Positions 1 to 12,734 are shown, counted from the first letter of the whole stretch. The stretch: DNA of 62,559 bases, filler included, from Globobulimina sp. (GCA_003354225.1; 43 parts of 43 records of this genome joined end to end with filler, not necessarily neighbours in it), one strand, 5' to 3'. Notes: generated from the sequence alone by a model not told the origin. Translations and numbers: made by a program.

Positions 1-1
1 C

Positions 2-170
2 ATCTCATATCTTTTCCAAACACAAAATAACATTCCATTTCATCCCAACACCATAAAACTATCTCATATCTTTTCCAATCACCAAATACTATTCCATTTC
101 ATCCCAACACCATAAAACTATCTCATATCTTTTTCAATCACAAAATACTATTCCATTTCATTCCAACACC
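2..170. repeat. Tandem repeat, 59-bp unit x ~3
   Basis: ATCTCATATCTTTT..CATTTCAT.CCAACACC starts at 2, 61 and 120. Confidence 0.9.
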
Positions 171-336
171 GAGACACACAATGCATTTGTTTTTTAATAT
201 CTGCAAGACTTTGCCTTATATTTTTGAATGAGTGGGGCAAGGAGCCACAAAATACATTTGTTTTTTAATATCTGCAAGACTTTGCCTTATATTTTTGAAT
301 GAGTGGGGCAAGGAGACACAAAATGCATTTGTTTTT
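171..336. repeat. Tandem repeat, 71-bp unit x ~2.3
   Basis: GAG.CACA.AAT.CATTTGTTTTT... starts at 171, 242 and 313. Confidence 0.9.
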
Positions 337-968
337 GATTGACCATGTTCATATTTTGGAAAAACATGTTTTTCACTGAAGTGAAGCTTAAGAATGTCAA
401 ACATGGTCTGAATTGTTGATAAAAGACATTGCAGATTGATCATTTCTCATTCTCTTCCTAAGCAAATCCGTTCGCAGTTTGAGATTTGAACAATCAAAAG
501 TGCGAATTCACAAAAAATATGCAATGAAAGTACGTGAAATTGGTGAAAAATCAAAATAAAACGCAGCCAAAAAAATGGAAAAATGGGGTAGTAAAAGACG
601 GTAAATAAATCGAAATAAAACCCCCAAAAAATAGAAAAACACGCTAGTAAAAGACGGTCTTTAACAAAAAAAAAAATAAGTTGCCCAAAATATTCGGCCT
701 GCCCGGCGAGGGCTGAGTTATAAAGTTTACGCAGTAAACTTTTCATTGATGCTAACCATAACATTCATGCAGTTTAGTCGGGTACGCCTCGCAATGTCCA
801 TCCCACAAACCATGAATTTATTCGTGGGTAAAACCAGATTCATTCCTTTCAAACATTGCCATGACCGTTGCCTCTGTTCAATGATGAATGAATCCTATCC
901 ATTCCTCATTTTTATACATATCACAAACGCGTTCCTCGAATCAAATAATAATATACACGTCTCAAACA

Positions 969-1316
969 ATGGCAAAGTTATTTTCCTCATTAACGTCCAC
1001 GATGGGATTGTTTTCTTCAATCGATAAATCGCAGCCCTTCTCCATTGTTTCATCATTTGTTGGCTACAACTTGGGAGCCGAGAAAACGATCGGTTTTTGG
1101 GGCGGGTTTGTGTTACTATGCAATAATATGACAGGTCCCGCCATTGTATTATTGCCAGCACTGTTCCAACAATGTTGACTGATCCCAACCACACTCTTTC
1201 TGGTGTCATTGACTATATTCTCAGGGGTCTGTTCGTGGCTGATCATTGAAGCAATGCGATTAATGCCAGACAATCATGAGTTGACTCACAGACACGAATA
1301 TGGCAGTATCGCAGAG
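969..1316 (+). pseudogene. Amino acid transporter (Aa_trans/AAAP-like), 5' part, with in-frame TGA
   Basis: KTIGFWGGFVLLCNNMTGPAIVLLPALFQQC*LIPTTLFLVSLTIFSGVCSWLIIEAMRLMPDN continues in one frame through TGA 1176-1178. Confidence 0.65.
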
Positions 1317-1358
1317 GTATCATTGGCTCGTTTTCTTCTTTTATCAAATCGCAACCAT

Positions 1359-1458
1359 NNNNNNNNNNNNNNNNNNNNNNNNNNNNNNNNNNNNNNNNNN
1401 NNTTAATTAATTAANNNNNNNNNNNNNNNNNNNNNNNNNNNNNNNNNNNNNNNNNNNN
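1359..1458. other. Artificial contig spacer (N44-TTAATTAATTAA-N44), first of 42
   Basis: Identical 100-nt spacer with six-frame stops recurs every ~1456-1458 nt; contig lengths decrease 1358>1357>1356. Confidence 0.99.
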
Positions 1459-1687
1459 AGTGTTTCAAGTATGGTATGATGATCCAAACAGCTTAGCATT
1501 AAAATACCAATATGCAAAATCAATGGATTTGAGAGGAGTTGGCCCATTTTGTTTCCCTTTTTTATACGATTCGTTCTCGCAGACTGAAATGATGAGAGCA
1601 ATGCAAATGTGGAGTGTTTTTGACAATTTCTTTGTATAAAATAACAGGAAGCGAGAGGACCTAATTTATAAAAATGATCTAAAAAAT

Positions 1688-2689
1688 CTAGCAAAACTTA
1701 GGCGGACAATTCAGATTTATCCATTTAATAATAATGTCTGCAATATATTTCATCTGTGTTATGGTCAAAGTTCCTCTTTCAGAAATCATAAACCATTGAC
1801 ACAAACATATTCTGCAACATGTGCCCGTGGCATGCATTGCAATATAGACAGGATGTCCTTTATAGGGAGTTTGGTACCAATCGTTTCTAGGTTTTATTTT
1901 AATTTTTTCATCAATGATTTTCATTGCATCATTAAACAATTCATCCTTTGATTTATTATAAACAATACCAATTTCATCAAACGTACTTTCATAATTCAAT
2001 TTATGTTTTGTTCGGTCACAACATAACGATAAGCGATAAAATAATGTATCAATCGACATTGGAGGACTCCAATTTATGTTCGAATCGTCCACAAATTCAT
2101 TATTTATCTTATTTTTATGATTATTGTGCTTTAACTTATATTGCGTTTCTCTGTCATCTAACTGTTTTTGTTCGGAGTTATCAATATCAGGAAACGTTTT
2201 CGTTTTATTTTGAAAATTAATAACATCCATATATTCATCCATATGTTTACTGATTTCGACTATTTGTTTTTTGTTTGGAGAATATCCGTATAATACCATT
2301 TGTAAATGAATCCGTGATGGTAATCCTTTTAGTTTCCCACGACAATAATATAAGATACATTTATCCACACTTTGCAATCTCATTTTTGCATTGTTGCTAT
2401 CATTGTTATTGAAAGTATTCTGTAAGGATATCATTGTTTTTTTTAACGTTTGTAGTTTCAAAGCAAAATTATAATTTATTGATGTGTTTGTTTTTTTTTT
2501 ATTTTTATTGTTTCGAATTGTCATTATTTTAAGGTATGTTTTGTCCAATCTATCAATAAACGCATCATTTTCATCCTGGTCTTTATACCAAAATTGTAAC
2601 TCTTCCAATATCCTTTCTTTTGTATTGTAATAATCAGCTAAAGCAATAAACCGACTTATAATACTCAGCGGTAAGGGGTCTGCTGCCAT
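1688..2689 (-). CDS. Protein with C-terminal DUF4186 domain
   Basis: QTPYKGHPVYIAMHATGTCCRICLCQW matches the DUF4186 QTP..GHPVF.AQHAT..CCR.CL..W signature. Confidence 0.8.
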   Translation of the reverse strand: MAADPLPLSIISRFIALADYYNTKERILEELQFWYKDQDENDAFIDRLDKTYLKIMTIRNNKNKKKTNTSINYNFALKLQTLKKTMISLQNTFNNNDSNNAKMRLQSVDKCILYYCRGKLKGLPSRIHLQMVLYGYSPNKKQIVEISKHMDEYMDVINFQNKTKTFPDIDNSEQKQLDDRETQYKLKHNNHKNKINNEFVDDSNINWSPPMSIDTLFYRLSLCCDRTKHKLNYESTFDEIGIVYNKSKDELFNDAMKIIDEKIKIKPRNDWYQTPYKGHPVYIAMHATGTCCRICLCQWFMISERGTLTITQMKYIADIIIKWINLNCPPKFC

Positions 2690-2916
2690 TGTTGGGGAGT
2701 TTTTTCTGATTTTAAAACTTATTAATAAATGGTTGGGTAGTTCAGTTCAATTAAAGAATGGCAAGAAACAGCAAAAACCGCAATGGTTGCCATATTACGA
2801 TTGGACGTCCTTTCAANNNNNNNNNNNNNNNNNNNNNNNNNNNNNNNNNNNNNNNNNNNNTTAATTAATTAANNNNNNNNNNNNNNNNNNNNNNNNNNNN
2901 NNNNNNNNNNNNNNNN

Positions 2917-4115
2917 GTACCTCGAATTGCTATCACATCATATTCATATCCATCCGCCTTTATGTTATTTTTGTATTTTATATGGAAAAACGCCGGTGAC
3001 TCCGCATTGTAATTAATATATTCATATTTATCACCAAACCAAGTTTGTAAAACTTTTTGGTGTTGCTCTTCGGTCTCCAAATACGGTATCATTGTAAACA
3101 TAATTAAATCCAATATATTTAAATTATTATAGGCACCAAGAATACTACAAACTGGATAGGGAATAAAAAACGCGTTTTCTGCATCGGATTCTACGTTTTC
3201 TAGCCGATGAGTGATATCATTTAATTCTTGCTGAGTTCTGCTAGGTTGTAACTTTAAAATCATTTCAATATATTCTCCCTTACTCATATTTTCTATTTGT
3301 GCAGCTGAGATTTCTTCTTTCATTGCAACATTTATGTTAATACTTTCTTGTACTTGCTCTCGCTCGAAATATGGAGTTATTTGCTTGCCGACTACGACTG
3401 CCGCCGCTATAAAAACAACAAAAAACCATTTAATTATAGTTTTATTAAAATCTGATTCTGCCTTCACATCTTTAGAGAATTCTAATGATTCATTCACTAC
3501 TTTTCGGTTTTGCCAATAATTATAAAAGTTTTCGTCACACTTTCTTCGTTTGCCTGTAAACCACCAATACATACAAGTTGATAATGACCAGGCTGAATCA
3601 TACCACTTCATATATTTAATGCCCACGAATGCAAATAATGTCCAAATCGCCCATAATGGCTGCCTCTCCAAACAAAATACACTAAAAACTAAAAATATTG
3701 CTTCATCAAAGGGTCCGGTCGACAATATGGCATTGTTTACAAACAATTTATAAGTTTCAATTTTCAAAATGTTTGATAGAAATTTATTTGTGTTTCTTGA
3801 TGGTTGCGAGAATGCAACAAACAAACGAGAATTCATAAAAATAACAATCACACATTGTCCCATAAAATAAACAAATGCCCAAACTAATCCTTGTATTGCC
3901 ATCCATTTGAATAATTTTTCAATATAATCTCTGGAAAAATGAACGTCATCAACTACTGTAATCTCAATACCTTCAAACACAATGGCAACAAAAAAATGAG
4001 AGACTCTCCAAAAACGTGCTGGATTAACTTCAAAGTCAAAAAGTGCAGGAATTCCTTTAATTATACTCGAGATGGCAAAAAATGTATTTTCATGATCTCC
4101 ATAATTATACCACAA
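2917..4115 (-). CDS. Multi-pass membrane protein with start of class 3 lipase domain (partial)
   Basis: Several TM segments, then YPVC..LNILDL and DVIAIRG at the contig end; paralog at 42269-43614. Confidence 0.6.
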
Positions 4116-4680
4116 TAAACTTTAATAGGAAAAAAAAAGTATGTTTAATTTAGTTATAAACCTAAATATAAATATATGTGTTGTGTATCCAGGTTCACAG
4201 CAGTACTATACCTTAAACTTTGTAATGCGATGAACATCGTAAAAAAAATAACAAAATAACCACTTATAAGAGTGNNNNNNNNNNNNNNNNNNNNNNNNNN
4301 NNNNNNNNNNNNNNNNNNTTAATTAATTAANNNNNNNNNNNNNNNNNNNNNNNNNNNNNNNNNNNNNNNNNNNNTATCGGAGTATGTTGCATCGTGGCTA
4401 CGTTATGGTTGGTTTTTGTATTGAGGTATAACCCGCTGGTTAGTTGATACTTATCGCTTGACATATAATTATACTGTCTTTATCCTATTAATTTTATATT
4501 TTTTGTATTTCTATTGATTTTTAGCCTAAATGTTAAAGTATTATACACCAATTCTGTGACGATTTATTCGTCAAACCGCGAATTGGTAAATTAAAGCAAT
4601 CACAAAATTAAAATAGAATAAGATATGCCAATATTGTACAATGCAAAAATATAAAACAGTTTAACATTAAAAAAAAAAAC

Positions 4681-5732
4681 TCAGTCATTTCTACGCAATT
4701 CAACATTACGAAAAGGTATTGATGATTTTTTCTTTTTCTTGGAATACTTAGCAATCATTTTCCATCCACATTCCTTAACTTTACTCTTATATTTCTCAAA
4801 AACGGCAGAATCATATTGGACATGATACATTGTAATACATTCCAATTTTATTTCATATTTCCGTTGATTAATATTATTAATTTGTGCCAACAAAGCTTTT
4901 AAAACTCCAGTCGTTACATTTATGTCTGATGCACCATGTTGTTTGCAGATAATTATATATTTACATGCTTTAAACAAAGATTTAATATAATCGCAAGACA
5001 CTGCACTTTCAAATCCATTCTGCATGAAATATTTCGCTAATCGCGGATGATCATTCTTCATTGCTTCAATATCAATTTGTATTTGCTTCTTAAATCCGCA
5101 AAATGCATGAAACGATTCATTGACATATGGTGGAAACACGCTGCGTCCATATAGTCCTTCATTGATTTCATGTGCCATCAATTTATCTAAAATCGCATAA
5201 TCCCTCTTTGTAATATTGGCCTTCTCCTCACGCGTAAATATTTTGCCATCCATTGCTTTATTGAGAAACGTAAACGCTTTCACAAACCAATAATAATTTT
5301 CATTATTTTTTACTAATCTTATACTCAACACTTGCAATGGTTTGAAGCCACCAAAAAACAGTCGTTCATCCTCGTTGCCGTAATAACTCAGCCACGTACA
5401 ATTAAAATATTTTGTTTCTGATCGAAATCCATACTTTCCAAGCTCCAAAATCACACCGTCATCATTGGAAAATATCTGTATACAGATCCGTGAAAACTAC
5501 AATATACAAAACAAAAAGCACACAAACACACCGTTGCTACCTCAATCTGCGGCGTTGTTGATGTGGGACAGCAAAATTTCGCCACAAATAATGGAAAAAT
5601 CAAATAACTGCAACCATGGTAAAAAGTTTTAATATGTGATTTATCAATCCGTTGACCAAAACATTCCACCACTTCGCGCAGTAATTTACTCCAATTAAAA
5701 TATTGACTGTTCCGCTTTTTTAACGCCGCATC
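4681..5732 (-). CDS. ADP-ribosyltransferase-fold-like protein, 3' part; intron 5476-5531
   Basis: Spliced: FYHG..FCCPTSTTPQIEVAT/IFSNDDGVILEL..WLSYYGNEDERLFFGG. Confidence 0.55.
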
Positions 5733-5832
5733 NNNNNNNNNNNNNNNNNNNNNNNNNNNNNNNNNNNNNNNNNNNNTTAATTAATTAANNNNNNNNNNNN
5801 NNNNNNNNNNNNNNNNNNNNNNNNNNNNNNNN

Positions 5833-6811
5833 GCAAAATATGGCAAACTCTATGCACAATCATTTCAATAATAACAATTCCCATCAACAAATACCTCAAA
5901 TCCCGCAAATCCCACAAATCCCACAAATACCAAATCTTCAATTTCAACAAAATAACATCCCATTGCAACGTGTACAACAGCAACAACAAAATATGCATCA
6001 ACAAGTCCAACACTTCCAACACGTCCAACACGTCCAACACGTCCAACCAGTGCAGCAAGTCCAGCATCAGCATCATCACCACCATCACCAGCAAACTATC
6101 AATATACCACAACAAACTTTCATTGTACCGCCTATGCCGCCAATACCACCCATTCCATCCATACCACTCAACCTATCCCACAATGTCATGAATAGCAACC
6201 TAAATAACCAGCAATTTGCACATCAAATGAACAATTTTGCACAACAAATCACTGCATACTCGCAACAAATGGTCCATTCCATCAACACTGCCATGCCTCC
6301 ACCAAATAACAACGCATTCATAATCATCAACAACCAATACATTGACCATCATAATCCATACAATAATAACCCGCACCATATGCATATGCCTCATATGAAT
6401 AACAACAACAATATAAATGCAGACATCATCGACTTAACCCACGAAGAAGCAGAGGAGGAACAGAAAGAAGAGTTTGTGCCCTGGAATGAGTCAGATGTGC
6501 CGCCAGAATTTAAGTGTCCCATTTCGTTGGAGATCATGCGCGATCCGGTGATATTGTCGGATGGCTTTTATTATGAAAGGGAATGTATTCTTGATTGGTT
6601 ACATCAGCACACTCGGTCGCCAATGACCAATCTCCCCATTCCGCACATTACCATTCAAGCGGGCGATGAGTTAAAAAGGAAAATCCTAAAATGGACCAAC
6701 CGACAATGGCAGGAATACCGCGAGCATTTGCAAGCAAATTGCAGTGATAATAGCGATGTCGAACAAAATATGAATGAGGGCAATGATATTAATATGCAAA
6801 CGAAAATTTAA
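5833..6811 (+). CDS. U-box E3 ligase with Q/H/N/P-rich N-terminus (5' possibly partial)
   Basis: VPPEFKCPISLEIMRDPVILSDGFYYERECILDWL..RSPMTNLP. Confidence 0.9.
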
Positions 6812-7307
6812 TGTAACTTTTTTTTTTTTTAATGTTTCAATTTAAATATTCGGGCAATTGCAATTTTATATGCACTTTTTTTTAAATTCTTCTTTTTTTT
6901 TGCATGAAATAATTTAATTAATAATAAGCGTATTAATTACCATGTGTTTTTTGTGATTTTTATGCAGAAACATGTTTTTTTTTTATTTGTTTTATTGTTC
7001 CACTACAAGGCATACATTGCTTTGTTTCTTTTTTTTTGTCAATTTATATATCGATATACTGTATCCTTGCACGTGAAAATGTGTTTTTATCACTCTGTTT
7101 CCGCACAAAACGTTTCTATTTCGGAAATTTATGAATTGCAATTGTTTCCCTCTTATCCTTGCACAGCAAATACTGTTTTTCAGCACTCTGNNNNNNNNNN
7201 NNNNNNNNNNNNNNNNNNNNNNNNNNNNNNNNNNTTAATTAATTAANNNNNNNNNNNNNNNNNNNNNNNNNNNNNNNNNNNNNNNNNNNNTACAAAAAAT
7301 ACATACC

Positions 7308-7828
7308 AACGGGGATATGTATGCCTGTTGGTTGGCTTCGTCACAAACTAATAACATATGTGTCCATATTACAGCGAATATAAATAGTTTCCAGGCTTTG
7401 TGATGACAAAATGTATATGCACTAATTTAGGTTTTGTGTATTGTATTATGTATGCATGGAATGTAGAGAATATATATGTATATAGAGTACCGCAAAGGTG
7501 TTAAGCATGAGATAACGCCTTTTTCTGTTATTCTTTTTTGTGGCTTTCTTACTTTTATGGCATCTTCTATGTAAGTGGCAGCTTGTGTGATTCTGTAAGC
7601 TGGCGCACGAAATGATGAATACCTGATACTGTCAATTTGTGGTAGAGTTGTAACCTGAATAATAATTAACATCAATATATTCTTTATTGACACTGTAAAG
7701 GAGCATGTAAAATTAACAGAATCTGTCCCGCGGCCGGCTTCGTTGGGGATCAATGATTGTAATTCCTGTATTGATTCTGGTCTTGACAATGTTGGCTTGT
7801 TTCGTCGTTGTTTATTTAGAAGTTCCAT
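7308..7828 (-). CDS. Two-pore channel (TPC)-like N-terminus, partial; intron 7422-7490
   Basis: AATYIEDAIKVR..LR/AYTFCHHKAWKLFIFAVIWTHMLLVCDE resembles the TPC pre-S1/S1 region. Confidence 0.5.
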
Positions 7829-7873
7829 GATTCTTTCAGTAGTAATCTAAGTTTTTTTTCTATTAATTCTATA

Positions 7874-8648
7874 ATGGAAAATGAAGACGAAGACGAAATA
7901 TTGTTTGGGTTTGATTGTGATGATGATTTTGTTGGTATGTTTTTTTTTATATACAGCAAGCATGTACATTGTCTCATGAATATATATAATTAAACAGATG
8001 ATGGAACAACAACAGCTGATCAAGAATTAATTGGAGTGAATTGTCCATCTGGCAGCAGTACCGGTGGTTTCATATTCGTTGATGCCAAAGATCTTTATCA
8101 TACCAAAAAGCACCGTGAATCACTGCAATGCCGCAACCATTCCGGCTCATCATACTCGTCATCAAATGGAGACATTCAGCCACAACCAAAAGACACAATA
8201 GCTATCAATATAAATCTTAATGTCATACCACCTTCGACCAAATCACCAAAAACACCCCGATTACTGTCTACATTCAGAAACAACAATTTTGATATCGTCT
8301 CTTTTGGCAGCCAGCCATTAAAAATTAAAGACATCAAAACGAATAATACTTATTTGGACTCATTGGAATACCTTCAATCGGCCATGCCAGATTTACATAG
8401 TTTATATTGGAACACTGTCTGGACGCAAATCAAAAGGAGCCAAAAACAGGTAAAATGCGTAAATTACAGAGCAACGCCCCAGAGCATAGCTACTGTAATG
8501 AACAATGGCGGTTGCAAAATATTACAATTTATGGCACATTGTTGTAATCCAAACGAAGTACTGTTGAATCCAAACGACTCAGATCCCTATAAACATTTAA
8601 TTAGTCCAGAAATGAGAAACAGTGATCGTGATTATGTCTTATTAGAAT
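7874..8648 (+). CDS. CHAT-domain-like protein, 5' part; intron 7935-7997
   Basis: FDIVSFGSQPL..ATPQSIATVMNNGGCKILQFMAHC..YVLLE resembles the CHAT ILHFxGHG..LLLE pattern. Confidence 0.45.
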
Positions 8649-8748
8649 NNNNNNNNNNNNNNNNNNNNNNNNNNNNNNNNNNNNNNNNNNNNTTAATTAA
8701 TTAANNNNNNNNNNNNNNNNNNNNNNNNNNNNNNNNNNNNNNNNNNNN

Positions 8749-9634
8749 CATCCTGCCACAACCCCACTTTGAAGCATTGCAAGCAGCGAATTTTGAGATA
8801 TCATTTGTTGAGTGCACAAAAGGTGTCATATTATCATCAAATGATAAATATATAAAATTGACCACAAATAAAGTATGGCCGCATTTCATGAATGAATTAT
8901 TACCGTTATGGAGTGTCAAAATTGAGAGATTTGCGATACCAATGATTAAAATGAATGGTATTAATACAGATATGTTAAAACAATGGATACCGACTTTATT
9001 TTCTATGATGAAACATCATACACAAAATGATAAATGGAAATGTAAAGGGAAATGGAAACATTGTAAAGGTGGCCGAGGTCGTAAACATCATCGTGGCGGT
9101 CGTCATCATCGCGGACATCATCATCGAGGCCATCATGGACATCATGGCCATCATCGTGGCCATCACCGTGGTTATCATACTAATCATAGAGGTGGTTGGA
9201 GAGGAAGAGGCGGTGCATTTGGTCCTAATCATCATCCACAACGTCTGTAGTTTGTAACTGTGCTTTGTTTTGTTGTGCGAATTTGCGGTTACGTACTGTA
9301 CATTTAATGTGTTTTTTTCTTTTTCATATATTTAGATTATGGACATGGATATGGATATGGATCATATCATGGATATGCACCATCAGCGCCACCAATGGCA
9401 AATCAACAATGTATGTGTTGTATTGTATTGTTTTGCCTTTTTGTTTTTAGATGGCATGTTTTTGTCGATCTGCCAGATGATGAGATTGAAGCGGAGGTAT
9501 TTGAATATACGGAAGAATTGGTAGAAATCATGAATATGGGATTTACGAAAATGAGTAAAATTAAAGAATTATTGGCTCAGCATAAAGGAGATAAACAATT
9601 AGTTGTTCAAGAATTAGTTTCTGCAAAATATTAA
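8749..9634 (+). CDS. Protein with H/G/R-rich region and C-terminal UBA domain (partial, two introns)
   Basis: ELVEIMNMGFTKMSKIKELLAQHKGDKQLVVQELV = UBA; introns about 9243-9335 and 9411-9450. Confidence 0.7.
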
Positions 9635-10206
9635 ATAAATATCAAAAATTTGCTTATTATATTTTCTTTTCTTTTTGTTTTTTTGTTATTTGTTTGTATG
9701 CGAATGTACGAGTAACGTGCTTTCGAAGCCTTTACTTATACCCAAAATGTCGTGTTTTAATTATAAATACTTGTTTAGTTGTCTCGAATAAATACTTTAA
9801 TTAGAATAGGACCGCAAATTAGGAGATGATGATCAGATCATCAGATGTCTTCATCGGGTTCTTCCAAAAGGCAGTATTCTAAAGTACAGTATTATTTTTT
9901 AATTCTACACTCATACGCAATTTACTGAAATTTCATAACTTAGATATTTACTTCAATTACTTGGATTTCATATAAGTTACAGAACATGTTTAATTGTTAC
10001 TTTTTCTTTTGCTTTTTAGGTGATAAGCAATGTTGAAGTTTATTTGTGATCCACGTTGCAATTAAATATAAAACAGTTAATATTGGAAGAACAATTGCAG
10101 TTCGACNNNNNNNNNNNNNNNNNNNNNNNNNNNNNNNNNNNNNNNNNNNNTTAATTAATTAANNNNNNNNNNNNNNNNNNNNNNNNNNNNNNNNNNNNNN
10201 NNNNNN

Positions 10207-11564
10207 AATTAATGCAATTCCAAATGATAAACCATTAACAATTTCATATAATTTGCCTGGTTTAAAAGATACAGTTATTTCACCACCATATAATTATAAA
10301 ATTAATAAATTCAATAAATTGACGATTAATTTTCGAAAAACGTATTTACTTTCAACTCTGTCAGATAATTTGAATGAATTCTTAGCAAAAATACGATATA
10401 ATCCAATAAAAATACAAATTCACTCTCAAGATGTAAACGGAGAATGCGACGTTGTGTTAAATGATTTATTTGATTCACAATGCGCGACGGAGCAAATACA
10501 AAATGTTAAGTTTCAAAAAATAGATATGTACAAGAAACATTTTACGACTCTGACCATTAAATATCAAATGTTAACAGCAACAAAGCATTTGCTTCAATTA
10601 TTAGATGAGTCGTCACCTTTTATTCGTTTTGTGTATCGTTTGGGGTTAAAAGATTCCGAAATATATTCAAAATTAATGCAGCAAATAATTGAATGTAATA
10701 TTAATGAGTTGCAATTAAAACAAATTGATTTGCAAAATACACAACTTACAAATCAACAAATGTTGACATTAGATATAATTACAGGATTTGAATTGGTTGA
10801 AAATAATCATCGATTGATTGTCATTGAAGGACGAAAAGATGGGAAATCTATGGCGAAATTAGTCAAACCATCTGATAATAGATACTTTTTAATAAATAAT
10901 AATATATATTTCCAACATCGATTGTATTCGCAATTTGATTGTAAAATTTATAAAATAAAACTGAATAAATCGTTGCAAGAAATATTAAATAATAAATATA
11001 TTTATATTAAAATGACAGAGAAAAATAAACGTATCAACATGTTATATCAAAAAATATTTGATTTGAGCCAATGTGAATCGTTTCAAGATGCAAGAAATAG
11101 AGATTTATTTCCATCATCGGCAGAGATTAAATCTTTGGAAACAACAAAATATGGAAATATTGTAACTGACAATGATGGAGCGGTCGCAACAGAGATTTGT
11201 GACTCGTTCGAGTTGAAATTAGTTAATGCAAATTTAAAAAATATGAATCATAAAATAAAAAAAGAAAACGGAAGAATTCCGATATCGACAATATGGAAAA
11301 GAAAAGAGACAAAAGAGCCAAAGGAGTCAAAAATTAATTTTGTGGAAGAAAACATATGTTTATATAGCGCAGATTTGGAGCGTGTAAAAGAGAAAAGAAT
11401 GGAGAAGCAAAAGGCATTGGATCTTGTGGATGATATTATTGTTTGTCATGATCGGCGAAATGAGATTGAAAATTTAAAAAAAGAACGAAAGAAATTATGT
11501 ATGACATCAGAAGGATGGAGAAACAGTGGAATTAATAAAGAATCCAAGCTTAAGATATCATGTA
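10207..11564 (+). CDS. CFAP92/KIAA1257-like protein (internal fragment)
   Basis: LDIITGFELV..LIVIEG..YFQHRLYSQFD..IKLNKSLQEIL..IYI resembles the CFAP92 conserved block. Confidence 0.55.
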
Positions 11565-11664
11565 NNNNNNNNNNNNNNNNNNNNNNNNNNNNNNNNNNNN
11601 NNNNNNNNTTAATTAATTAANNNNNNNNNNNNNNNNNNNNNNNNNNNNNNNNNNNNNNNNNNNN

Positions 11665-11765
11665 TGACCGTGGTCGATGCTGAAGAGATCGCCTTAACAG
11701 GTGTGCTTCGCATTGAGGATCTGGTGGCCAGCTTGCCGCAAGTGTACTCCGATCAGAATTCAACA
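11665..11765 (+). other. Bacterial TonB-dependent receptor plug fragment fused to eukaryotic gene (chimera)
   Basis: TVVDAEEIALTGVLRIEDLVASLPQVYSDQNS; higher GC; replaces the PPase continuation. Confidence 0.7.
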
Positions 11766-12734
11766 CGTGCGAATAATGCAACTGACGATGCACCGATACC
11801 AAATCCGGCAAGTGATCTCATACAATTTTTCAACACTTTTTTAAATGGTTCATCAATGAGTATCGATGTGCTTTGACCCGGTACCCAAAAATGGATAAAT
11901 ACATAAAATACGCAAAATAAGACCAAAAGGCCAAGCGATGCCAATGAGAAACCCATCACTGAGCCACCTGTAAAGGCAATGTCAAATCCTTCCGCCAATG
12001 ACGATTTTGCTTTGATTGCGGTCCGTGCATTGGAATAAGTGGCTACTCTCATTCCTGTTGTGTTGTTTTATTATCATTGCTCAGCAAATTCAAATTTATA
12101 AAATAAACACATTACATACCAATGTATCCGCAAAGAATCGAGGTTATAGAACCGCAAAAAAATGCTACTGCCGCGGCTACACCATACCAAATGTCAGCAC
12201 ATCCATAACTTATTGCGGCACAAATAATTATTGCAAATACGATGATGTAAATTGCTAAATATTTGTATTCTGCCCATAAAAAAGAGGTTGCTCCCTCTCT
12301 GATTAATTGATAAATTTCAAATATTTTTTCTGATTCTTTTGCATCACTATCACTCTCAATTGGTACTGTTGTTGAATTGGTATCGATTGGATGTTGTGGC
12401 GTTGGTACCGTTTCTGAGTTTTCTTGGGTTTGGCTTGAAAGCGTTATCGCATTTTCCACCTTTTGCTGATCATTTAAATGCCTGTTTTTATTTATAATTG
12501 TTATAATTGTTATTAATTATTCATGATGTCGTTGCGTGCAATGTTGCTTGCATGCAATTGTTTACTTAACTGTTTGTCCAATGGTTTAACACGGACTTTA
12601 CTTACAAATATGTAACAATAAATTGCATAAATAATTCCAATGGCACAGGCAGTAGGTACTGCATAAATGATTGCGTTGGAATCAACTACAATGCCGCCAA
12701 GGCTGCCTTCCATATTAATGGGCTCTTCTGCCAT
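11762..12734 (-). CDS. Membrane H+-translocating pyrophosphatase, 5' part; introns 12055-12119 and 12482-12570
   Basis: IREGATSFLWAEYKY, GYIGMRVATYSNART, AFTGGSVMGF, GFGIGASSVALFARV. Confidence 0.95.

Noticed and set aside
2-336. CRISPR array
   Set aside because: Head-to-tail repeats with no unique spacers and no cas genes
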